A stretch of 64,000 nucleotides of DNA from assembly GCF_006345805.1 (NCBI RefSeq), contig NC_043002.1, positions 50,282,001 through 50,346,000 of the forward strand, in the 5' to 3' direction. The notes beneath the pieces are model-generated. The model did no database searches. It was not told where the DNA came from and was given only the letters and a program-made list of their open reading frames with translations. This stretch comes from Octopus sinensis. Its lineage: Eukaryota. Shown piece by piece: positions 1 to 13,052 of this stretch (position 1 is its first letter; the number at the start of each line of letters is the position of its first letter). Made by a program: the position numbers and the translations under genes.

Positions 1-222
1 TTCGAAGCTTTCTTCCATGGGATCTAATGCACTTGGCTTAGATATCCCATGGCGGGCTGCCCATATCGGAGCAATCTCAAGATTAATCAGCCGAAATTGC
101 TAAGATGATCTGGTTCTTGACTGATGACTGAGGGCTTCGAATGTCCCGTCCTGTGGTTCTTGTGTCGTCTCTGTGGTGTTTCATGTTCTTGTCCATGTCT
201 GTAATTATTTTTACTGTTTACC

Positions 223-257
<35 letters not shown>

Positions 258-755
258 ATGTGTATATATATATGTGTGTGTATGTGTATATATATATGTG
301 TGTGTATGTATGTGTATATATATATGTGTATGTATGTATGTATATATATATATATATGTGTGTGTGTATGTATATATACATGTATGTGTATATATATATA
401 CATGTATGTATATAATACATGTATGTATATATATACATGTATGTGTATAATATATATACATGTATTGTATATATATGTATGTATATATATGTATATATGT
501 ATGTATATATGTATTGTGTATATATATATATGTATGTGTATAATATATATAGTATATTATATATATTATACATGTATGTATGTATATATGGATGTGTATA
601 TATATATATGTATATATATATATACATGTATGTATGTATATATGTATGTGTATATATATAATGTATATATTATATATATACATGTATGTATGTATATATG
701 TATGTTGTATTTATATATATTTATATATATACATGTATGTATATATATATGTATG

Positions 756-786
<31 letters not shown>

Positions 787-844
787 GTATATGTATATAT
801 ATATGTATGTATATTTGTATGTATGCATATATGTATGTATATAT

Positions 845-884
<40 letters not shown>
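223..884. repeat. Compound (TA)n/(TG)n/(TATG)n microsatellite
   Basis: Continuous tatatg/tgtata dinucleotide-type repeats; source of the Y/I/M/C/V-only ORFs. Confidence 0.97.
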
Positions 885-888
<4 letters not shown>

Positions 889-1384
889 AAACTGAGGAAA
901 AGAAATCCTTCAAAGGAGTGTGTTAAACATCCAATTCACTGGTACTTCAGTTGGAAAGCATATAAACATTGGTATAATTCAATAATAATGATGAATTAAA
1001 TATAGAGATATTCTATTTGACATTCAATAATTTATTTATATTACAATATTACATTAAATACTATGAGTATAATATAACAAACATAAAATTATATAAATAA
1101 TTATATAATCACCATAAAAGGCCAGCAAATTGTTTCGACTTACATATATTTTTTCTGATATACATAATCCCAGTTCCATTATATATAAGTAACTTTAGGG
1201 TCCTGAAGTAACATATATAATGGAACTATGATTATGTATATCTCAAAAAATAGTTAGTTAGCCTTTTATGTTTTTTTTTATTATTTATATAATATCATGT
1301 TATGTTATATTATATTCATTGTGTTTAATGTAATATTGTGATATAAATTATTGCATGTCAGTAGAATATCTCTATATTTCACTT

Positions 1385-1475
1385 TATATATGTGCATATA
1401 TGTGTCTGTGTACGTACATATATATGTATATATATATATGTGTGTGTATATATATGTATATATATATGTATATAT

Positions 1476-1522
<47 letters not shown>

Positions 1523-1785
1523 GTGTGTGTATATATATGTGTATGTACATACATATATGTAATATATATATATGTATATATATGTATGTGTATATGTATA
1601 TGTGTATATATATATGTATATATGTGTATATATATGTGTGTAATATGTGTGTATGTATATATGTGTGTATAATAATATGGCCTATATGTGTGTGCATATT
1701 ATATATATGGCTATATTATATATATATAATATATATATTATATATATATATGTTTGGGTGTGTATACACACATGCACACATAACG
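1385..1785. repeat. Compound (TA)n/(TG)n microsatellite
   Basis: Same composition as 223-884. Confidence 0.95.
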
Positions 1786-3414
1786 ACATGCTTCTGTGAG
1801 TGAATGGAAGGACAATACACATTGACTAGACTGCAGTGTAACAGTAAAGCTAGTCTGATTTCATTTCACGAAGATCCCTAACCACTTCACATTCTTTATT
1901 TTCTCTCCTTGTTTCTTTCTGTGTTCCTTTCTGTGGAAGAGCGTAGGCTCGAAACCTTAAAGACTATTTCATTTCTCAGCGTTAAACTAATACATCTGTT
2001 AGTTGTCTACACCACCTGTCTTCATCTTTTGTTTTTTTGTGAATTTTCCCTCTATGTCATCTTTCACCTGTTCCCTTCTGTGTATCAAATGCCAGAAATG
2101 TTACAGGGAAATTCAGAATCTCAGATTATTCAGGACCTTTAGCAGTCACAAACATTTGCCTAATGAATTATATTTTTGATTGCCAAAACCAGTGTAAAGT
2201 ATAACAAGTATGTGTTTAACCCTGGTCTCTGTAATTACCTGAATAGCATTCCACAGGTGTCTGTTCTCTTGCTTACTCTTTTTACATTCTCCAAATTTTC
2301 CCACAAACTTACTGATGTCCTGATAGTTGCTACTATTCATTGTTCCTCAAATGTTTGTGATTCCCAAAGGCGCTGAAGTATCTGAGATCCTGAATTTTCC
2401 TATAGCATTTCTGTTATTTGATAGACAGAAGGGGTCTGGTGGAAGATGATATATATATATTTTATTCTTTTTTCATTCGTGAAATTAATATCAGCCTCTT
2501 AGAGATTAGCCCACAAAATCCACAAGATCCTTTCTGGATCAGAAACATCGAAGAACATGTAATACAAGCATCATACTCTCAACAATGCTCTCCAGTTCTC
2601 AGTAGCCAAAATCTATGAACTGTGCCTCCTCATAGATAGATCCCACCTTTGCTCTACCCTTTTCATCCTCCTTTACATACACATTTGGTAGATTTGTTCC
2701 TTTCTATCTACCCCTCCAAATATTTCCGCTTTGCATAAGCACATGCCAAGTGTGAAAGTAACTCTGGTTGCTTCAAACCAACAAGGTTACCAGCCCTAAC
2801 AACATTCTTTCCATACTCTCAAACTGCATTTGTTATCAGACTCTTCAGTTTTGCGCTCTCAAAAGGGTTGAACCCTGATCTTAATCATGCCATATTGTTT
2901 TGCTTTCCCAGTAAATGTAACCCTTCATACTCTGCCTACTATTGTCCTGCTGCGCTCACTTCCAACATCACCATGGTAATGGAGATTAGCTATTAACAGT
3001 TTTCAACACCTTGAATTTCCCTGTTTCTCTCTCATTCCCTCTTTCATCAGTATAAGAGGACCTGCAAAGGCAATGGGCCCTGTCCCTTTCTCTGGGCCAA
3101 CTGAGTAAAAAACAAAAGAAAAATATCATTCATAGATCTGTGGTTCTCAATATGTCATTTGACCCTCTACTACTCTGACACTGGTCTACTCTGTGAAGAC
3201 TGATCAGAAGTGAGAGGAGGGAAGAGGGTTACAAAACACCAACGGCCATGTCGTCACCAACACAAAGACTACACCAAGTATGGGTTGTAACTACCATCGT
3301 TACTAACTTTAATGCCATGGTCATTGCCACTAGTCCACATCCACCAAGCCTACATGCACTAATATGATTAATATCTTCACACAAATTCTACTAAATGTCT
3401 TTCTCTATAACCAA

Positions 3415-3765
3415 TGATACCACAGCCAGCATCCATCCTGATCGTTGTCAACACCTACACCGCAACCATCATTGTCGTCGTCATCATCAACACTACCAGC
3501 ATGTTCGTCATCATCATCATCATCAGTATCACCATCATCGCTGTCAACATTATCACAAACGTGAACACCAACATGATGATGATGATCATCATCATCATCG
3601 CTTTCGCTACCACCTCCATCATCATCATCATTATCACAACCATCGACGGCAGCCTGATCATCTTCATCATCCCTAGCATCATCATCATCATCATCTTGAA
3701 GCATACCACTGCCATCTCCACTGCCACCACCACCTCCACCTCCACCGCTATCACCATTGTGTCAA
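3415..3765. repeat. Degenerate (CAT)n/(CAC)n trinucleotide tract
   Basis: catcatcat/caccaccac runs producing poly-H/poly-D/poly-I pseudo-ORFs. Confidence 0.9.
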
Positions 3766-4359
3766 AGGGAAAAGGAGCATATTTCATTAGTATAATGTCA
3801 AAATTGAAAGAAAATTGAAGTAAATTTGGTTAGCTGCCACATTACACTAGGTTTCAGTGTACTGAAGAGTGAGCATTTGTGTATGTATGTATGTATATGT
3901 ATATATGTGTGTTTGTGCTTGTGTGCGTCTATGGTAGTGGTGGTGGTGGTGGTGGTGGTGGCGGGAAGGGGTGTAGTAAAAGGCAAGGTACTATAAAGCT
4001 GCCAGAAGGTCTGTGACTGATAGCGCTAACTTTACTGCTCTTTGCTTTGATGGATTGGGTGTATGTCAGCATATAGCAGAGCTCACTTGCCATTTTCACT
4101 GCCACATTTACTAACGGCAGCAGCAACAACACCAGCAGCGACAGCAGCAGCAGCTATATTACATCTGTTGTGCGTATATGTGAGTGGTTAGTGTATATAT
4201 GTGTGTGTATGTGTTACTGTCTCTTGTTCTCTTTCTCTCTTTCTCTGTCGCTCTCTCTCTATCTCTCTCTTTTCACACCCTCTCAAAAAAATTACATTTT
4301 CATTCTTTTCCTTTGCTGGCCTTTCCTTTGAAATTGCTTCTAAAGTAATTTTACCGATT

Positions 4360-4660
4360 CTAATGGTGATGGCGATGGCGCTTGTGGTGACGGTGTTTAT
4401 GATGGCAGTGGCGGTGGTCCTGTTGATGGTTGTGGTGGTGATGGTTGTATTGATGTTGATGATGGTTGTGGTCATGGTGATGGTTGGCGTTTGGGGGCTG
4501 CTGGTGGTGATTGTGATGAAGGGGTGATGGTGGCAGCGATCGTGGTGAGAGGTGAAGATGGTGGTGTTGGTGGTGGTGGTGGTAGTTTTTAGCACCAACA
4601 TCAATAACAAAATCATAATGATATCAACAACAACAGTGTCATGGTTATGATGGACTTCCA
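4360..4660. repeat. Degenerate (GGT)n/(GAT)n trinucleotide tract
   Basis: ggtggt/gatgat runs. Confidence 0.88.
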
Positions 4661-5106
4661 ACAGAGTTCTGAAGCTTCAGGTTTTATAGGTGGTCAGTGT
4701 TGTTGTGGGGGAGACAATGATGCAGTCGTGACATTAATACTTCCATAACAATTAGGTTTTCCAGTACAACTTAGGAGTTTCAATGGTCATCTGTATTTAG
4801 CATTGCACTCTATTGATGTGTACAGTCATCTAGACCAGTGCTCCGCAACTGGTATGCCGTGGCACACTGGTATGCCTTAAGACAGTGCTAGGTGTGCCAC
4901 AGTGTAACCTGAATATAATTTTCCCCTATACTTTTAGTCATATTTTGAGTTCAGATATGTCACCGAATTTTGAAAGGAATGTAAATGTACTGCAAGTGAA
5001 AAAAAAAGTTGCAGAGCTCTGATCTATAACCACGGGTTCTCAACCAGGGTTTCTGTGACCCTTGCAGGACCATATAAGATTTTGTTGTTAAAATCTATGT
5101 ACAATA

Positions 5107-5512
5107 GGTACAGGCATGGCTGTGTGGTAAGAAGCTTGTTTCCTTACCACATGGTTCTGGGTTCAGTCCCGCTGTGTGGCACCTTGGGCAAGTGTCTTCT
5201 ATTATAGCCTTGGGCCGACCAAAGCCTTGTGAGTGGATTTGGTAGATGGAAACTGAAAGAAGCCTGTCATATATAAATAGTTTTATGTATATATTTGTGT
5301 GTGTCTGTGTTTGACACTACCACCACCAACCACCATCACTTGACAACCACTGTTGGTGTGTTTAGGTCCCCGTAACTTAGCGGTTTGGCAAAGAACCCAA
5401 TAGGATAAGTACTAGGCTTACAAAACAAGTCCTGGGGTTGATTTCTGTAATTAAAACCTTTTTAAGGCAGTACTCCAGCATGGCCGCAGTCATATGACTG
5501 CAACAAAAAAAG
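5107..5512 (+). mobile_element. tRNA-derived SINE, family A (octopod-type)
   Basis: Head ...caggcatggctgtgtggtaagaagcttg...ggttctgggttcagtccc; 3' end ccagcatggccgcagtca.atgactg; many copies in the window. Confidence 0.85.
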
Positions 5513-5649
5513 AAAGAAATAAAATAAATTGCTTAGACTTCTATAATGCACAAAACATTTTAGCAATTTTTTTAATAAAATTCCTAATAATATTTAATTA
5601 TAAAAATATAATAGGATTTTATTTAAATATCAAATGGCTATGGCCGTCC

Positions 5650-5990
5650 ATCATCATTTAACGTCCATTGACCATGCTGGTATGTGTTCGATGGTTTGAC
5701 CAGAGCTGGCAAGCTGGAGAGCTGCACCAGGCTCCAGTCTGATTTGGCATGGTTTCTACAGCTGGATGCCCTTTCTAATGCTAACCACTTTACAGAGTGT
5801 ACGGGGTGCTTTTACATGGCACTGCACAGGCGCATTTTCAGGGCTTCACACAGGTGCTTTTATGTGGTACCACATGGGTGCTTTTTATGTGGCATCGCAC
5901 AAGTATTTTTATGTAGCACCACATGGGTGCTTTCACAAGGCACCACACGGGTGTTTTCACATGGCACCACACGTGTGCTTTTAAGTGGTA
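5650..5990 (-). mobile_element. Retroposon 3' segment, family D, with internal ~22-bp tandem expansion
   Basis: Shares ctggatgcccttcctaa and ggacgttaaatgatgatg tail with copies at 7835-8052 and 9235-9485. Confidence 0.7.
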
Positions 5991-6129
5991 ATAACAGAAG
6001 TGCTTTACACCACTGTAATGACCAGTCTTAACACTTCTGTTGTCCAGTAAAGTATAACGGGAACCAAAACAATTCATAGGCAAAAAAATGGTTGAAAACC
6101 ACTGGTCTGTACAGCTGATTGTACAGATA

Positions 6130-6499
6130 CTCGTTTACTTGTTTCAGTCATTTGACTGTGGCCATGCTGGAGCACCTTTAGTCGAGCAAATCAACCCCAG
6201 GACTTATTCTTTGTAAGCCTAGTACTTATTCTATCAGTCTCTTTTGCTGAACCACTAAGTACGTGGACATAAACACACCAGCATTGGTTGTCAAGCGATG
6301 TTAGGGGGACAAACACAGACACATATACATATATACAATGGGCTTCTTTCAGTTTCTGTCAACCAAATCCACTCACAAGGCTTTGGTCAGCCCGAGGCTA
6401 TAGTAGAAGACACTTGCCCAAGGTGCCATGCAGTGGAACTGAACCCGGAACCATGTGGTTGGTAAACAAGATACTTACCACACAGCCACTCCTGCACCT
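6130..6499 (-). mobile_element. SINE family A
   Basis: Reverse complement of family A from tail (ttgtttcagtcatttgactgtggccatgctgg) to head (cttaccacacagccactcctgcacc). Confidence 0.88.
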
Positions 6500-6503
6500 A
6501 TGT

Positions 6504-6679
6504 TTAGCCTTTTAGCATTTAAACTGGCCAGATCCTGCCTCTCACAACTACCCGACAGTGTCATTTTAAAAATAAGCCATCATGTTGTCAAAATCTTGAA
6601 GGTGCAATGTCACGCATGTTTATTCAAAACAATGTGAATAAGTAAGTTTGAGTGAGTAATCCAAATGTAAAAGGATTAA
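6504..6679. mobile_element. piggyBac-type MITE (degenerate TTAA-CCCTTT ends)
   Basis: ttagcctttt...aaaaggattaa; related copies at ~10755-10935 (ends ctaaagggttaa) and ~17971-18190. Confidence 0.5.
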
Positions 6680-7165
6680 TTTACATGCCATTTAAATATA
6701 TATTTCTACAGACTCCTAACACAAAGTTGTTTTTTTTTTAAATCTTATATTTTTGTACTCTGTTTTTTTTTCAGAAATGCAAAAGTTCCAATTTAAACTG
6801 ACAACTAGAGTTTGTTGCCACGTATTGATACCTCGTTGCCTTATATTGTGCTGAAGTGGCACCTGACTGGAATCAAGTCTTCGGACGAAACCTGAGCCCA
6901 AGACCCTGTTGGTAAGAAACCTTTGGTTTAAGTAGAAAGTGAAATATTTCAAGAGTGATATGAATGAAAGAGAAATAGAGACAGACAGACAGACAGACAG
7001 ACAGAGGCAAGTTATACCACAGGAGTCAGAAAGATGAGGCACATGTGAACCTAATTATGTATGTGTACCTATATATACACCCACACATGCATATATATAC
7101 ACATGCACACGCATATATATATACATACACACATGCATATATATATATACACACACACACACACA

Positions 7166-7211
<46 letters not shown>

Positions 7212-7286
7212 TGCATATATATATATATATATACACAGATGCATATATATATATATATTATATATGTACACGAACACACACATATA

Positions 7287-7513
7287 TACGGGGTTAGCCA
7301 AAAGTCAATCAAGACCATCTAATTCCAAGATTTATTTATGTTTAACAACGGAATGAATTTAATAAAAGCATTTAAATATGAAACATCATGATAATTGTTC
7401 AAACTGAAATCCTTCTTGAGCAACACATTTTTTTCGTTCGAGTCAACACAGAATTACAGATAGAATTTATGGAATTTTGATTTACTGTCGGGTGACTTTT
7501 GGCCAACCCTATA
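7287..7513. mobile_element. Tc1/mariner-type MITE
   Basis: TIRs ta-cggggttagccaaaagtc and gacttttggccaacccta-ta; TA flanks; sits in a (TA)n tract. Confidence 0.65.
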
Positions 7514-7527
7514 GGTATACATACACA

Positions 7528-7562
<35 letters not shown>

Positions 7563-7607
7563 CCATAAATGACAGAGAAATAGTTTGCTGAAATTTTATT
7601 TAACATA

Positions 7608-8007
7608 GGTGTAGAAGTGGCTGTGTGGTAAGTAGCTTGCTTACCAACCACATGGTTCTGGGGTCAGTCCCACAACATGGCACCTTGGCCAAGTGTCTTC
7701 TACTATAGCCTCGGGCTGACTAAAGCCTTGTGAGTGGATTTAGTAGATGGAAACTGAAAGAAAGCTCATCATATGTATGTATGTATGTATGTATATATAT
7801 ATATATCTATTTATATATATATATATATATGTGTGCAGGTGGCACGTAAAAAGCACCCACTACACTCACGGAGTGGTTGGTGTTAGGAAGGGCATCCAGC
7901 TGTAGAAACATTGCCAGATTAGACTGGAGCCTGGTGCAGCCTTCTGGCTTCCCAGAACCCCGGTCGAACCGTCCAACCCATGCTAGCATGGAGAACGGAC
8001 GTTAAAC

Positions 8008-8055
<48 letters not shown>

Positions 8056-8278
8056 ATATATATATATATGTTTGTGTGTCTGTGTTTGTCACTCCAACAT
8101 CACTTGACAACTGATGCTGGTGTGTTTACATCCAAGTAACTTAGCAGTTCGGCAAAAGAGACCAATAGAATAAGAATAAGTACTAGGCTTACAAAGAATA
8201 AGTCCTGGGGTCGATTTGCTCGACTAAAGGCAGTGCTCCAGCATGGCAACAGTCAAAATGACTGAAACAAGTAAAAAA
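7608..8278 (+). mobile_element. SINE family A with family D copy (7835-8052) nested in its central microsatellite
   Basis: A head at 7608, D segment ending in (GAT)n, A 3' half resumes at ~8075. Confidence 0.85.
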
Positions 8279-8669
8279 GTTTTAAAAATTCTAATATCAT
8301 GACAAATTGTTTTGTAACTTAAAAGCTTGTGAATAATTTGCATTATTATATCAAAAATAAATAAATAAATTACTTAATTGCATTAATGCGAAATGGAAAA
8401 AGTCCTTCAAAATAATGCAGATTTTAAATAGACTGAAATCATATCATATGGGAGTTCCAGCACCCATGACAGACATTTTTTGTCTGCTACAAGTGATGTA
8501 TGGGCTTTTATGCACCAAATGCCTATATGAGAGGTTCTCTCAATGCTAATAATCCATTATTTGGTGTTCTAACGAGGCATCTATGTTAAGTTGAATATAA
8601 AGATTAGGTACTTTTTGATATTAATACTGCTTCTGTTGCTAATAATTAATTTATAAACATATATATATA

Positions 8670-8860
8670 TATTACGGAGGTGTTCTTGCATAGCAAGTGA
8701 CTTGATCTGAGATCGTGTGCTGAAACAAAAATAATTGCAGCGTGGAAGGTGTTTATGCAAAAACCGTTAGATTCACTTCAACATTTAAATTTAAATTGTG
8801 TCAAAATATTTTTGTCGCTTTGAAACCACGACCTGTTCACTGACAAAATTTTGTGCTGTA
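8670..8860 (-). mobile_element. Solo Penelope-type pLTR-like insert carrying a variant hammerhead motif
   Basis: Unique ~190-bp sequence between (TA)n tracts; minus strand contains tgtca-GTGAACA-g-gtcg..cgac-AAAA-atat-TT-tgaca. Confidence 0.45.
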
Positions 8861-9234
8861 TCTGTATATATATATATTTATATATGATGCCACCTCAGAG
8901 GCTAGATGAGTAGATGGGTAAGCCAACATTTCTGCTGAACAGAACACCAATCCATCGCGGGCTTACCCATTTTACAGCTGAGTAGTCTGTGGTAATGTGA
9001 AATGAAATGTTATGCTCAAGAACACAATGCACCAGTGCTCTAGGAATTAAAACCATGATCTTCTGATCACGAGTGCAGCAATCGAACCACTAGGCCTTCA
9101 CGTAAATATGTGTGTTTTTTGTATTTGTGTATAAATGATGGTGATGATGAAACGCGATTGGCATGATGTCTGTTGTGCTACTAAGAGATATAGAAGCTGA
9201 TAAGCAAATACAAGAAAGTGGGAGATTTATTCAT

Positions 9235-9485
9235 GTATGTAAAGTGGTCGGTGTTTGGAAGGGCATCCAGCTGTAAAACCCTTGCCAAAACTGATCTTGT
9301 TTGTGCTTCTGCCACATAAAAGGCACTCCACTCTGCTGGGTGGTTGGTTTTAGGAAGGGCATCCAGCCATAAAAACCCATCCAAGACAAACACAGGAGTC
9401 TGGGGCAGACTCCTGCCTGGCCAGCTCCTGTCAAACTGTCCAACCCATGCCAGCCTGGAAGGTGGGCGTTAAATGATAATGATGA
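9235..9485 (+). mobile_element. Retroposon family D copy
   Basis: ggaagggcatccagc present twice; ends gggcgttaaatgataatgatg. Confidence 0.7.
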
Positions 9486-9556
9486 ATATATGCAGTATTC
9501 AGGTGTGTAGAGCAATGAGGAAGCTAAAAGATAAAGATATAGTTGAAGATAATATG

Positions 9557-9616
<60 letters not shown>

Positions 9617-10171
9617 AACATTTCTATTGATATACACTGCTTCTGTGTGTGTGTGTGTGTGTGTGTTTCAATTAAGTTTCAAAATAGTTCAGAATCTGGC
9701 AGGATTTCATAAAATAACAAAGCTTAACAAAAGGTCCTTACTTAAAATTATGACAGCAGGTTTTAATTTAAATTTTGGGCATTTTTAAAAATAAGAAAAG
9801 TTTCATAAAACAGAACCAGAGGGTAGTCTTAGGCAGGGGCTGCTTGTTGTAAGTGATAAGAGTGGTAATAGTAAAAGATATAAGGGTGGGGGTCAGGAAG
9901 AGGTTGGAATGCATAGATAATTGTGGTGGCAGTGGCAGTGGTGTGTGTGAGGAAGAAATTATGCCTTGTATAATGGGTATGTGAAAGAGAGTGCGGGAGT
10001 GGTATGTTGCAGGGTGGAGGAAGGGTTAGTAAACTTCTCTGTGCGGATGCTTCTTACAGTTGTGTGAGAGCAGAGAGAGAGATTACAAGAAAGTGAAGAG
10101 AGTTGTGGGGTATGAATGGTATCATAGTAAAAAGGTGGAGGTGTAAGAGGTTTGAATATTATTATTACTTC

Positions 10172-10520
10172 CACCTTAGCGAAGGCGGTGGGTATTGTTT
10201 TCAGTTGTGTTTGTTTGTGCATGGACAAGATATCTCAAGAACCACTGGATGGATTTGGATGAAACTTTCAGGGATGTTTGGCCTCGTGTTTAGCTCATAT
10301 TGATTAGATCTGGGGATTGATCTGGTAACGGACAAGGATTCTGGATTATTTTTCCTGTTTTTTTTACTTAAGTTTTGAGAATAATCGGGTTCATTTTTAG
10401 TATTCTTGTCTGTGAGAGCAGTTGAGTTTATTTCAGATATTCTCATTTTTAAAAATCATCTCTGGCTAACTGTTGAGAGGACATAGGTGTTTCCTTGGTG
10501 GATTTAAGGTATTCCAACCA
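10172..10520 (+). mobile_element. Helentron/HINE (DINE-1-like) non-autonomous element
   Basis: attacttccaccttagcgaaggcggtgggtattgttttc...gtttgtttg...ggatttggatgaaacttt...ccttggtgga pattern, as recalled for HINE-type elements. Confidence 0.5.
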
Positions 10521-11929
10521 TGACCACTACCATCAGTCATTTCAGCGAGTAGTACATGAAGACTACATTACTTAACGTGTCCTTGCCATTTATGTGATAA
10601 AGATGTGTGTGTGTGCATGTTTGTGTGTGTGTGTGTGGTTTGAAGCAGAGTTGACTACTATTTATAGCAGGTCAAGTGGCTACATAGAGGAGACAATGTT
10701 TGTGTACTGTGTTGTGTGTTACTTATTGTTGTGTAGTTCCAGGTCAACATGGGATGCTTATTTACTCACATTTGATACTGTGTTATCTTGTAGCTTTGAA
10801 ATTTCAAAGATGTAATTGTTTATCTTTAGAATGACATTGTAGGGTAGGTGTGAGAGGCTGGATCTGGCTAGTTTGAACATAAAACAGGCAGAATACTCAG
10901 GTCAAATATTGCCTGTTTAACTGCTAAAGGGTTAAACAAAGAAAGATACAGGTGATAAAATTGGCCAAGTAAGAAACCCCATTTTGAAAAGGGTCAGAAT
11001 ACATTTGATCATAGATCCACTCTGTTAAAGAAATCTGAATGCTATGGGTTAAGGCAGCTATGGGGTGGCTGATTCGAGAGATATTTAGCTGCTACTTCTG
11101 GAAGATTGAGCAACCAAGTGGAGGCTGTCTATTTGGCTAAAATCAAGAATGTTCCTGCTGACTTGCACTTGAAAAATGAGATGGATGTCTGCAAGAATGA
11201 AAGAGAGATGTGGTTGAGGTGTTATGGAGAAAGAAATGATAATAAAGTCTATATTTAAGTCTCGTCTTTAGAATTGCTGAAGTTCATATTTTTGATATTT
11301 GCAAACTGGTGCTGATATCTCCTCTGCCTTCCTCCACTTTCTTCTGTCTTTATTATTACTCGTATTTTTATTATTATCATTATTATTATTTAAAAAATGA
11401 AGAAAGAAAGAAAGAAGCTTGAGATAAATATATTTATGGTTTTGTAGAAACATGAGACTTATAATAATGCATTTAATAAGTTGACAAAAGAAGAAAAAAA
11501 AATAACAGCAAAACTCTAGTTTTTCATTATAATTTCATTTATTTCTCAGCAGATATTGGTGACGACGGAGACATATAGGTGGTGTGAGGGGTGGGGGTTC
11601 ATAATTTTGCATAATAATTAAATGTTAGAAACAAAAATAATCTTTATTAAGATTTTAATTAAGAATTAATTGTATTGAGTTTTGCCGAACAGTTTAAACT
11701 AAAACTCAAAGCTATAATTAATGCAAGTCTTTCGTGTTTTTTTTTTTTTGTTGTTGTTGTTATTATATTTTAATTTTTAAAAATTTATTGCTGCTCTGTA
11801 TAATACTTAACTTATGGCTTATTGGGTTAGGTTACTGGATGCCTAATGAAATGTATGTGTGATTGGTTCAAGTTCTACTGTAGAATCGGTCAGTGTCTTA
11901 CATAGAAAGCATTGATTTCAGTTTGTCAG

Positions 11930-12290
11930 CAAGCATGACTGTCTAGTTAAGAAGCTTGCTTTACAACCACATGCATTTTCGTTCAGTTCTATTGTATGGC
12001 ACTTTGGGCAAGTGTCCTCTACTATGGCCCCAGGCCAGCTTAGGCTTTTCAGTGAATTTGGTAGACGGAAATTGTGCAGAAGCCTTTTGTGCATGTGTGT
12101 TTTTGTGTTTGTCTCCCTGCCACTTGATAAACCAGTGTTTACTTATTCTACTGGTTCAGCAAAAGAGACTTATAGAATGTGTGCCAGGCTTAAAAAAATA
12201 AGTGCTGGAGTTGATTTGTTTGACTAAATCATGCAAAACAGTACACCAGCATGGCCGCAGTTCAGTGTCTGAAACAATTAAATGATGGTA
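11930..12290 (+). mobile_element. Diverged SINE family A
   Basis: ttaagaagcttgctttacaaccacatg...ggcactttgggcaagtgtcctct...ccagcatggccgcag. Confidence 0.75.
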
Positions 12291-12461
12291 AGATAAAAAG
12301 ATACCCACTAAATGCTGGTCAAGTGTCATTTGTGTTAAGGAAAAAAAACAGACATTAAGTACCTACAAAATAAGCAGGTAGACAGAGTTTATATTTGGTC
12401 TTTGGTCTCAGTAGTGTTAAGTGAGTGAGACAGAAATATTTCTCAGAAAAAAGTCTGTATG

Positions 12462-12665
12462 CTGGCAGAACCATTTGCACTCCTGGTGAAATGCTTAGTG
12501 GCATTTTGTCCTGTCTTTACATTCTGAGTTCTAATTCTGCCAAGGTCAACGTTTGCCTTTCATCCTTTCAAGGTTGATGAAATAAAATATAAGTTACGCA
12601 CTAGGGGTCACTGTATTCAACTATCTCCCTTCCTAAACTTGTTGGCTTTGTGCCAAAATTTGAAA
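12462..12665 (+). mobile_element. Diverged SINE family B
   Basis: gctggcagaa...aaatgcttagtggcatt...ttctgagttc...gcctttcatcctttc. Confidence 0.75.
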
Positions 12666-13004
12666 TCAGTATTTCTCAGGAAAGAAAGTTGATGTATCAT
12701 GTGTCGCTTTCCCCAGCCCCTCAGAAATTAACTCTATCTTGTAAAACTAACAAATCCGAAGTCACTTTCAAATAGCTGCTACTAGCAGTGGTGAATTGTA
12801 CCTTGATGTGGCACCAGTTTAGAACTCAGTGGACTGGGTCAGTGAAAGATTAGTTATCTGTTAAAATATTTACTCTAATCACAAAATATGCCCAAACAGA
12901 TATTAGCTCACAAATGCATCACCCCCACCTTCTGCTCCTCCTATTGAATACTGAATGTGTTAGAGAGTGTGGTGTGTAAACAATTAAATGATGTGCTGTA
13001 ATCT

Positions 13005-13033
13005 TTCAAGTTTTTTTTTCTTTTGTCTTTCAG
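13005..13033 (+). promoter_or_regulatory. Splice acceptor (polypyrimidine tract + CAG) opening the zinc-finger coding exon
   Basis: tttttttttcttttgtctttcag ends at 13033, 20 nt before the first in-frame ATG (13053); implies an upstream exon. Confidence 0.75.
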
Positions 13034-13052
13034 GAACAATCCAATCGGTATC

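Larger units (their letters stand above)
4836..6104. mobile_element. Old hAT-type MITE with nested insertions
   Basis: Ends cagtgctccgcaac (4836) and gttgaaaaccactg (6104) form degenerate CAGTG TIRs; 8-bp flanks atctagac/gtctgtac resemble the NTCTAGAN hAT target. Confidence 0.45.

Noticed and set aside
141-999. Long ORFs rich in Y/I/M/C/V/H (also 1305-1803, 7026-7356, 32160-36696, 45621-46093, 51455-52220)
   Set aside because: Translations of TA/TG/CA/TATC microsatellites, open in several frames on both strands, with no domain content.
3395-4661. Poly-His/Asp/Thr ORFs
   Set aside because: Trinucleotide repeat translations; no splice or domain support.
11550-11578. Possible 29-nt upstream exon of the zinc-finger gene (tttctcag|...atag|gtggtg)
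   Set aside because: Weak donor, and such AG/GT pairs arise by chance; needs RNA-seq.
13023-13052. TTG start given by the ORF track for the zinc-finger gene
   Set aside because: It lies inside the polypyrimidine tract of a splice acceptor; the first ATG is at 13053.
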